Assembly: GCF_006345805.1 (NCBI RefSeq)
Contig: NC_043003.1
Span: 111,476,001 to 111,540,000 of the forward strand
DNA from: Octopus sinensis
Lineage: Eukaryota
DNA length: 64,000 nt
Reading direction: 5' to 3'
Shown: piece by piece, positions 53,289 to 64,000 of the stretch
Numbering within the stretch: the stretch's first letter is position 1
Layout: every line of letters begins with the position of its first letter
Position numbers and translations under genes: made by a program
Notes under the pieces: generated by a model
The model's database searches: none
Seen by the model: only the letters and a program-made list of their open reading frames with translations
What the model was told of the DNA's origin: nothing

Positions 53289-54819
53289 TGTGTGTGTGTG
53301 TCTGTTTGTGTATGAGTGTGTGTGTTTGTGTGTCTGTGTCTGTGTCTGTGTATTATGTGAGAGTGAGAGAGATTCACGCATGCATTTTCTATTAGTTAAT
53401 TACTTGAGAATAAAAAAAAAATTTCTAAACATTTTGTTTACAACAGGTGATAACACTTCAATGCGTGCATATATTTACTTTCACGGTTTAACAACAAACA
53501 GGCATAAATGGGACTGATATACTTGCGTTGAAATCAAAATCTTCCTTTCGCTTCGTTATTCCTGTTTATTGGGCAACATTTAGAAATAAGGGTCGTATTT
53601 ATAAATGCGTTTACATGTCTATTTGATGGGTGTAATATGGTTGTGTTTTCGGCACTTTAAATTAACCATCAAGAGTTTAAAAATCCTTTTTCATACTTCC
53701 TCATAGTCACATATGTACATCAAGGGATTAAAATCAGAAAGCCTGTTAATGAGGATCCAAAAAAGGGATATTAATCCAAATGTAACTGATAATCTGATTG
53801 ACTCCTTAATCTTGTCTCTCTATACACACAGGTTTACGATCAGCTTTCTTGCCCGAATCATTTGGTCTTAAATGTCCCGATGCCTTAAGCATTTTCCTTC
53901 TATACTACTGTAAAATAGAAAACCTTTTTTAATCATCGCTACTGTCTCCGCCATTATCATAATCAGCTCGCAGGGAAATATTATTAGTTGATTCCAGCAG
54001 CGTTTGGCTGCACGATTCATTACCAGGCCATGTATTAGCATGCTGTGTTGTTTTCATACATTATACCTCAAATTACTGTCAGTACGAACATAGATGGCGA
54101 CGTTAATGAAACACGCACGCGAGCGCGTGAACACAATATGTATATGTGTGTGTGTATGTGTATATGTATGTGCGCGTGTGAGCATGTTAAGAGAAAAAGA
54201 GAGATATGTATACGTATATATATGTGTCTGTGTGTGCATGTGTGTGTATGTGTTTATGTATGCATATATCTAAAGAGAGAAAGAGAGAGATATGTATATA
54301 TTCATATGTGTATGCGTGTGCGTATGTATATATGTGTGTATATGTGTATATGTGTTGCGGGAGTGGGGACTGTGGTATGTGTACATTTGTCGGTATGGTT
54401 ACGAAGAATTTACTATAACTATGTTAGTTGATTGAAGAATAATGATTAATGAATAATTTCTCCGTATGATTATATACATCCGTGCATGAGTTTATGAGTG
54501 AATATGTATGTGTGTATGTGTATCGGCGAGTGTATTTTGGTTTATTATAAGTGTTATTTGCGAATTTTGTTGTGATTGGAGGTCAACCAACTCTGTTCCA
54601 CAGAGATAATTTAGCTCTTCGTGGTTCTTTTCTTTTAATTTCATTAATAACATATTATACGCTTCTCGTTTTGTTTCTGCGAGTAGTAATTAATTTCTGT
54701 TCTGTTTTACTGTGCAATCACCTCTGTTTCCCATTTGTATATGTATATATATATGCGTGTGTGTGTTTGTGTATTTGTGTGAGTATGTGTGTGTATGCAT
54801 GCGCATAATTTATTTGCAG

Positions 54820-54854
<35 letters not shown>

Positions 54855-54960
54855 CATATGTATGTATGTGTATGCATATATATATATATATGTATATATA
54901 TAATATACATAATATATAATTTTATGCATATATACATATATGTACATACCTACATATATA

Positions 54961-55034
<74 letters not shown>

Positions 55035-55533
55035 CACATGCATATATGGGTGCAGGACATAAAAAACATTGAACACAATGAGAAACGAAAATATAAAAGC
55101 AAAAACATAGAAACGAACTTTTTTTCGAGCAACGAAAAACAACAGAGAAACGAGACATACAACATAAAGAATATTCTCCTACTTCAGTTGTGCCTGTTTC
55201 ATCGACTCCGCGTTCCGAAGGCAAAAAAAAGACGCGACTTCTTTGAAATAGTCCTTCCCGCATAGCAAATTAAATAAAAGTTGGGATTTTTGGCGTAGGG
55301 TGAAATTGGTAACAAGAAAATGAGTGAGAACAAAACAGTAAAAACAAAGGTTGGGGCTGTTAACCCAACACGATAGAAAAATTATTATGAACGCTAGGAA
55401 GACGAGCTTATGAGGGAGACAGTATAGGCAGGTATAGTCTTTAGGAAGTGTTGGACAGAAAGATTGTCTTTCGTTCTTTTGTCACCTGTCAGCAACAAGA
55501 GAGTGGAGGTGGAGGAGTGAGAGAGAGGGATAT

Positions 55534-55590
<57 letters not shown>

Positions 55591-55739
55591 GGTATATTTA
55601 TATGTATGTGTACAGATAAACATTTCTTATATATGAATACCTGTATATATACATGAATGAATATATATATATAGTAGATGATAGATAGATAGGTAAGGGA
55701 ACATACAAGTAAATACATAGAAATTGGCACATAGAAATA

Positions 55740-56095
55740 TAGGCAATCCTTCTATATAACTCGACAAAACAAAACCATGACAACTCGACAATTCACTTCG
55801 GATATCTTCGTGATTTCCTTGACTGCTGCTGCGACCTCTGTGTGTGTGCCTGCTTGTTCTTGTCTCTGTGTGTGTGCGTGCTTGTTGTTTTCTGTGTCCC
55901 ACAGACACACATACAGGATCAAGCACACAAGCACACACATAGACACACAGACAAGAACAAGCACGCACAGTCACACACAGAGTTCACAGCAACTGTCACG
56001 AAGTTCACGATGATATCCGAGTGAATTTTCGAGTTGTCACGGAAACAGCCGAATGTTTGTTCTTGTTCTGTCGAGTTGTATCGAAGGATTGCCTA
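55740..56095. mobile_element. foldback/MITE-like element, inverted repeat over almost its whole length
   Basis: Ends TAGGCAATCCTTC / GAAGGATTGCCTA; TGACAACTCGA..ATTCACT.CGGATATC mirrored; inner arms are TG-rich versus CA-rich. Confidence 0.8.
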
Positions 56096-56425
56096 AATAT
56101 ATATATATGACTAAGAATCACCCTTGTGTGTAAAAATTGCTTAGCGTACGCCCACACACACTCAAACGCATCGCGAAAAATATTCGTAGAATGACAGGCC
56201 TCCTGTACGCACACACAGATATACGTCTCTACACTTATTTAAAATATACATATTTTAGTAATTAAAAATTTCCGTTGCTGATCGAATGTTAATCAGTTGG
56301 ATCTCTAAAATTTCTCTATACTTTAAATTTGTTTACATGGAATCATGGCATAAATTATTATTGTGAAATATATTTGATTCAACCACTTACACCTACTTTG
56401 TAAATGTCATTTAGTTTTATTTTTG

Positions 56426-56469
<44 letters not shown>

Positions 56470-56832
56470 TATGTGTTTAAATGTACACTGTATTTGTGCG
56501 AATAAAATATAAAGTCCTTTGACTAATTTTCCTACACGCTAGGCCACTGGTAGTAGAAATTTCTAAAATTGTTATTACCCTGATATTATTAATTATAGGT
56601 AATATTTTCTGGAAAATTTTCGAAGGCCGGCATTATTTTATTTGCTGGCGACAAAAAACTGCGTTTGCGCGGTTGATTTGCAAAATTATAATGTATAATC
56701 ACGGGGCACATGCTGGATTGCCTCGTACTTATATGTTTAATCTAGGCGTACCTGTTGATGAAGATTTCGCCTAGCAAATTATTTCACTTGCTAAAAACAG
56801 TCAGAAACCATGGTCCAAGCTATAACAACAAG

Positions 56833-58836
56833 CTTTATATATATTTTAATTGTTCATTCTACCGGCTATGCATAGAATGAACAATTTATTATCAATTATA
56901 TCTATAACACATTGCCTTCAGAAACATAGAACACAATAGACGAATTGAATAATAATTATTATTGGACAACCATGATCGTCTTGTTCTCAAGACGATTATG
57001 GTTGTCTTCATCAAAACTTCTTTCTATTATCTTACCTATGTCTTCAATGTATAAAAATTTCCTTTCTTCATCGTACTAATAGAGATAGATGGTAAATGTT
57101 TTTATTTTTCATTCCCTTTGAAGTTTATCCCTAATAGTGGTTTGGATTTTAGCTGTTCCTTCTAGCGTGCCAGTAATCGCATGGCGGATACTTCTTTTGA
57201 ACTTAAATTTACACTGTATTTATATGAAAATACATAGTCTATTGATTAATTTTTTTACACGCTAGGCCAATGGTGGATATATACACTCGTTTATACGTAT
57301 ATATGTGTTTGTGCGTGCGTGCCCAATCATATACCTGTGTACCTACTTATATGCTTAGATAGAGAGAAATATACACACAATTAAAGAGCAAGAGATGCGC
57401 GTATGTGTAGATAGCGACAATCCTGTCTGTACAAATGGATATGCGTGTATCTTTATATACACATATAAATACATGCATACATGCATTCATAAATACATGC
57501 ATACACGCATACACTCAAAAGTGAATGGACCGGTAAGTTCACATTGCTATGAAACAAATTTTTCTTTGGTTTGCATTGATGTTGAGAACTATATATTATA
57601 CGCGTGCACGGAATGTAGTCCTTATTATGCTATGAAATGACAATTAACGGTAATACTACAATATAAATCATTGTGTCTTAATTGTTTAAACCTGAACTAA
57701 CTTTGGACATCGATCTAATTAAGTGTTGTTCGTTAAACAGTAATTTGGATTGCTATGGCATAGAGCATATTGAGCACACAAGAGGATAATATTTAATTAT
57801 TCTTTTTTAGTTTAATAAAGCTCGCTTTTGAGTTGACGAGAGCACTATGGTGGTTATTTTAATTATATATTTGCTATTACTGTTATAATATTACGTTGTG
57901 CCTGCGGATTGTCATTTTCTTTTTGTGCCTTATAACAATTTTCGTTGCTTCTTGCAACCTTTTCAATAGTCTTGACACTCACATAAGGCACAAAAAGAAA
58001 ATGACTCTCTCCAGACACAACAGACACACGAACTCATAAAAAGAATCTTGCAAACCAAATCCAAAACCGAAATGTTATAATATTGTTAACATTTTTATAG
58101 TATTGTTTTTATCAATTTTTATTATGTTATCAATTTTATAATATTGTTGTTATGAAATGCAATTATTGGTTGCACATAATTATGCTATTAATGTCCACTA
58201 GAAATATATCTCTCTCACCTATTTAAAATACAGTCCGTCACTCAGAAATTAGTTGCGCATTTCCGCTTTTCTTACTTAGCAAGTAGTTATATTCAATTTG
58301 TCAGGTGTGTCCCGAAGAATTAAACCGTAGCTGATTGGGCGATTTGTCTGCGGTAGTCTAAGATCTCGTTTGAAAATATTTTTAATCTCTCCGTCACTAA
58401 CAAAAACGTGAGCACCAACGTCACAAAATTCTTTTTCTCCCTCATAATCTCATGCATAGATGTATACATGTGAAATTCGCGGTTTCTAATACTTCCGATA
58501 GACATATCTTAAATCATAGCCTTTAGTGTCATTTAATAATCAATATCTCAAATTATTTTAAGAATTGTAAAAAAAAAAACCAATTAATGTCGTACTTCTA
58601 TATCTTTAAAAATATATAAATAGGTAAAGATTCTACTGGGGAAAACTGGGAGTTTCTTCCAATCAAGTGCCAAATTATCTTTATATATATTTTAATTGTT
58701 CATTCTACCGGTTATGCATAGAATGAACAATTTATTATCGATTATATCTATAACACATTGCCTTCAGAAACATAGAACACAATAGACGAATTGGATAATA
58801 ATTATTATTGGACAACCATGATCGTCTTGTTCTCAA
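56833..58836. repeat. 158-bp near-identical direct repeat (56833-56990 and 58679-58836)
   Basis: About three substitutions between copies; includes the hairpin AATTGTTCATTCTA..TAGAATGAACAATT. Confidence 0.92.
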
Positions 58837-59136
58837 CGTACTAGTCTCAAGTATCAATTACACTACGGATATATTACCTATTTTTAACCATGGGCATATA
58901 TTTGCAAGCATGAATTAGGGCTAAAGATAAGGATAAGCATGAGGTATCAAGAATCAAAATTTTGAAGAAAAGAGAAAATGGAGGAATTTTGAAAATTGAC
59001 TTACGTTAATTATTATTTATTAATTAAATAAGTCTATTTGTATTGAATTAATAAATAATAATTGATGTAAATCAATTGTTGTTCATCAACATTTCTCCAT
59101 TTTCTCTTTTCGTTACACACACACACACACACACAC

Positions 59137-59173
<37 letters not shown>

Positions 59174-59250
59174 TTATAACAGGTCACATATTTATCTAAT
59201 ACGGTGGGGTATAATAAAGAATGCCGTCCTTCTCAAATCCTGAGAATATG

Positions 59251-62174
59251 ACTTTTATGTCTCTTTTACTGGATCCATAATACTTACGCATAATCCTGAC
59301 AAATGTAGAATATCAACTAAAATATACAAATCATAATCAGACGAATTTCTCATCTCCAACTGAGAGAAATAGTGTAATGGGTAAATTATGAGTTTTACGT
59401 TAGAAAAGTTGCAGGAAGTCATTGCTGTGACCTCTCTCTATTCGTTCTCTTTATATATATCCTCCCTCTCACTCTCTCTCTCTCTCTCTCTCTCTCTCGT
59501 ATTACACTGTCTCACCCTTTCCATAAAATCGACAGTAATGAAGACAAAGTTAGATTTAAGAAAAAAATAATTAGGACAATTTAAGAATGAGATTTGTCTA
59601 ATAAATTTGAGGACAACTGTAAAATAGTAGACTCCCTGGACATTACTCTAGATCTTAGGACAGACATCTTCAAACATGTATACACAAATAATTATCATCT
59701 AGCTTATGACAATCGCTTTTCATATCATCCAAGTAGGGTAATAAGTTTCATAATAAACAGTCTATCTTTGTAGCCTCCCATGTATCATTGAATTCTGATA
59801 ACAAGAAATATTTTACCATAATGCTAGCGACTATAATGAAGTCTAGCTATGGCTGGTTATAAGAGAGAATAACATACTTCCCAAAAGATAATGACGGTAA
59901 TTATAATCATATACCGTTTGATAATCATAAATTAAATTAAATTGATTAGTAACGCTCGTGATATATGCAATATAATTGTGAAGAGTCTTAAAGCTTGCTT
60001 AGAAAATGAAGAAGAAGGAGGAGAAGGGAGTGGGAGGAGCAAAAGAAAAAGAAGAGTATCAGTAACTCTGTGATTAAATCAGGTACATGATCCAGGTTAA
60101 TTACCATAATAACCTAATTAGTTTAGGTCCTACTATTTCTAATAGGAATAGGCTTATATATAATATTAAAAGTAGATTTCCCATGAATATTTTGTGTTCA
60201 GCCACATCCACTTCTGTCTAAATGTCGCTTCTAATGTGTATCCAAATTTTCTCAAGCAATTGATAAACACTAACCTAAATTATCCAGTAGTTCTGTTCAA
60301 TCTAATGGAAGTGTTTATTTTTTAGTATTATCGGCCGACTATATGTTTATATCTATATGCCTCTTTATGAACACGTATACATATTTTACATATTAAGAAA
60401 GGACCGACGCTACGAGAGGACATGCGTGATAAGTGAAATACGCTTTTTTCCCGTATCACAGTAAGTTACTTGGAACCTAATTGAAACTTATCCACGTTGA
60501 ACAAACTCACGATATCTGTGTACGATTTACATGTGTACAGTTGCGATTTTTGATAAATATATACCATTAATTTCTTGTACGAACTAGAATCCCATATCTC
60601 TTGTAGTTCTTTGTTATGAGAAGCTTTGATCATTTTTTACATGTCAGATGAAGGTAAGTTGCAGTGATATCTATGAGACACAATTCTCATACGCTCCATA
60701 CCTTAATTTCCTAGTGGCTGCATAGCTACAATTATTTGATCGCTCATCAACTTTTTTTTTATACTCTTCCCCTTTTTTTTCTTTTTTGATTAATTGAAGT
60801 ATTTGATTAGCTTCGGAATCACTGAGCGTCCAATATTAGTCTTTCGTTGCAATTAACGTATACTTTGGAAAGTAAGTTCACAGCGGTTCTATAATGATAT
60901 TCATTTATCTTGAAATTTTCGTTTGTGAAACTGGAATTGTCAGGAAGAATGCTATTCGTAACTCATCTAATAATGTTGTACTTTTTCTAAAACTGATAAA
61001 GAGAATAGTTTCCGCCCCGAATAATGGCGGAAGTGAGGTATTAAAAACAACGAAACAAGGAAGGAATATAAATATTAACAAACACAATAAAAAACTCATT
61101 GCTAATTGAAACAGTAATATCTCAGAATATGAAATTGTGGGGATTAATAGCACAAATAGAGAGTTATTAAATCAAAACTAATAAGTATTAATTATAATCG
61201 AAAGGGCTTCGGACAAAATGATGCCAAAATTTCTTCTGGATCTGTAATTTCTGTCCCCATATTCCGTCGAGTTCAACTTTGTCTTTCCTTCTTTAATTGT
61301 TCCAGAAAATAAAATACCAGTCAAGTACTTATGTTGATTGTGTTTATTAACTTCTTCCTCACAAAATCGAGGATTTGTGTCAATGCAGACACAGATATAT
61401 GCACGGTAGATGGCCAGAATCGTTAGAGCATCATGAGATAACTTTTGCCATGTTGCTATAGATTTTTATGGGTTGGCCGAGGTGGAATTTTGCTTTTTCA
61501 TTCAGCCTGCTGAATAAAATAAAGTAGCAACTAAGAAGTAAGCTTGATTTAACTAGCGAAACACCTGCCTGAACATTTTAAGGCTTTGCGTCTAAATAAA
61601 ATATATATTATTGAGACTATTGAAAGTTGAGATATAGCAATTGTTAAATTGTGTACTTACAAGAGGTTAGATAACGATGTAAAATGATACTCAAGTAACT
61701 GACTATTTTTACTGCACAAGAGTATAGCTTCTGTTTATTGCATGTGTGTATCTGTGTATGAGCGTGTGTGATAGAGTTTAATTTTCTTATATTGAGAATC
61801 GTAGTACATTGTCCTCTGAGACATTAGACGTAAGAAATTCATTTTTATTTTCAACAGCGACATTTTTATTTTACTTTTATGTCTCTTTTACTGGATCCAT
61901 AATACTTACGCATAATCCTGATAAATGTAGAATATCAACTAAAATATACAAATCATAATCAGACGAATTTCTCATCTCCAACTGAGAGAAATAGTGTAAT
62001 GGGTAAATTATGAGTTTTACGTTAGAAAAGTTGCAGGAAGTCATTACTGTGACTTCTCTCTCTATTCTTTCTCTCTCTATATATACCTCTCTTTCACTCT
62101 CTCTCTCTCCCTCTCTATCTCTCTCTCTCTTTCTCTCTCGTATTACACTATCTCACCCTTTCCATAAAATCGAC
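59251..62174. repeat. ~285-bp near-identical direct repeat (59251-59533 and 61873-62174)
   Basis: ACTTTTATGTCTCTTTTACTGGATCC...CCATAAAATCGAC in both copies, differing mainly in the CT microsatellite. Confidence 0.92.
59535..60272 (+). mobile_element. decayed Penelope-like reverse transcriptase thumb/linker remnant
   Basis: KFEDNCKIVDSLDITLDLRTDIFK...LAYDNRFSYHP (VxFLDxTLDL...Y...SNHP-like) and PHFCLNVASNVYPNFLK/IDKH (PPFSxNVxTN...LIDKH-like). Confidence 0.65.
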
Positions 62175-64000
62175 TTTGTCTAAACAGGAACATTGTGTAT
62201 CACAAGTCAGGTGTCGAAATGATCGTAGTGCAACAGCCAAATCACTGAGTCATGCGCCCTCACATACCTACATACAGGCACTCACACACACACACCACAC
62301 ACACATATATATATATATATATGCGTCCTCATATACATGTGTATGTATATATATGCATATATGTGTACATATATATATATATATATATACGTGTGTGTGT
62401 GTGTGTGTATGTATATATGTATATATCTATATATGCGCCCTTACATACATATATGCATACATACATACATATATACATACATACAAACATATATACATAT
62501 ATATACACTAAGGAGGTAAAAGTTATGGCTGGCCCTATAGTAACCATTGGATTGGCATATAGTAATCATTGGATACTTAGCCGTATTAAGCCACTCATCA
62601 GAATGAATTGGCTGAAAGCATAGAATCTCCCTATAGCTAGAAGGATACATAAGAGTCTGTTAGTTTGGTAAATAAAGACTAATTGTCTGTGTCGCGGAAG
62701 GCATGGGGTTATTCCCCTGAAATTGGCTTCGGTAGCGGTGAAATTTGCAGAGTTGTGGCAAGACGATTCAATGAATTTAGAATTTCATGTCCGAAGTAGG
62801 AAACGTTTTAAATGAGGTCATTGACTGAATATTTTTTTCCTGAAATTTTTCTTTTTTTTAAGATTATTGTCCTCTCTGCCAAGCAAAACTTATATTGGTT
62901 GCTTCTGTTTATAAAGGTCTGATTGGTTGCTAAAATTCTTATATGAAAACGCAAATTATTAAAAAACAAGAAGAAAGAGATTTTGTTGTTTGCATATGGT
63001 TAAATATACATTTAATGAATTTAGATAGTTGAAATGAATATAATTAAATAGAAACTGTTTGAATGATACAATTATACATAAGAATAATTAATAAAGCTGA
63101 ATATACTATCGTTGAATTTAAATAGCTTTCTTCAAAAATTAAACACTCTTTATATAAGAATCGTGCTTCTACACCAGTAATTAAATAGACGAAAACATGT
63201 AGGGACCCAAACTATCAAAAATAATAGCCAAATAAATAATGCTAATTATCAGAGGAGCGGAGGATATTTTGTCTGTTCGTAAAGTTAAAGATAGTTATTT
63301 ATTGAATTTAAATGAATTTAGATAAACACTGTATTATAATACAATAAGGTTTAAGTTCCTAAATACTTTGTTTTTAAATGATTTTAGAAAACAAAAATGC
63401 TGTCTATATGATTAACAAGAATTATACTTCTCTGCTATTAAATAGACAAGTATAAGTAAGAACCCTAACTGTCAACTAATATATCTAAATATATAATTTA
63501 TATTAATATCAACTATTATAAATTTATACAATAAGAATAAACAAAAGTAAATAAGTAGAAGGTAGCAAATAATTATATACCTAGATTTATCATTTTTGCC
63601 AATAAATTATTACAACAGACATACTGAATAGAATTAAATATAAATGACTAGCTCGTAAAAATAGTAACATGACCTAGTTCTTCTGAATTATGCATATCCA
63701 TTGAACAGTGGGTTCAAAATCGACCTCTAGCTATTTTGGAACACCCACGCTACAATTCAATTGGAATGAACTCTCTATCCCTTAAGATTATGTGAAAAAA
63801 TAACAGTCACTTTTACTTTGATAATAATCAATTTTCATCCCGATGAATTTTTTTGCTCTTTCAAATTCATAATGAAATTTAATCGCATTGTGTGTTTTAA
63901 CCGAAACATGCGCATGTAATATGAATTGGCTATTAAAATAGATATATTTATTATGGTGTGTATGAATTCTCCATTTTCTTTGTAGTGTTCAAATGTTTCT

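Overview
AT-rich, microsatellite-laden eukaryotic DNA, probably intronic or intergenic. The SINE repertoire and repeat style suggest a cephalopod (Octopus-like) genome; this is inference. No intact protein-coding gene is present, and most ORFs in the track are (TA)n/(TAA)n/(CA)n artefacts. The window holds transposon remains: RTE, CR1-like and Dong/R4 LINEs, a full-length decayed Chapaev3-type DNA transposon with TIRs and TSD, mariner, Tc1 and hAT remnants, a non-autonomous Helitron, tRNA-derived SINEs, two minisatellites and several local duplications. The most striking signal is a set of sequence-unrelated short elements, mostly in or beside (TA)n tracts, carrying minimal type-I hammerhead-ribozyme-like motifs with different catalytic-core variants. 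Three share a (TA)n-long hairpin-tail-(TA)n layout. One motif lies just downstream of a Penelope-like GIY-YIG endonuclease remnant. One hairpin element carries a non-hammerhead motif in the ribozyme position. Also noted, with lower confidence: a decayed Toll-like-receptor-like pseudogene, a decayed gene-like block beside long inverted repeats, and one candidate host exon. All calls are by eye; no searches were run.
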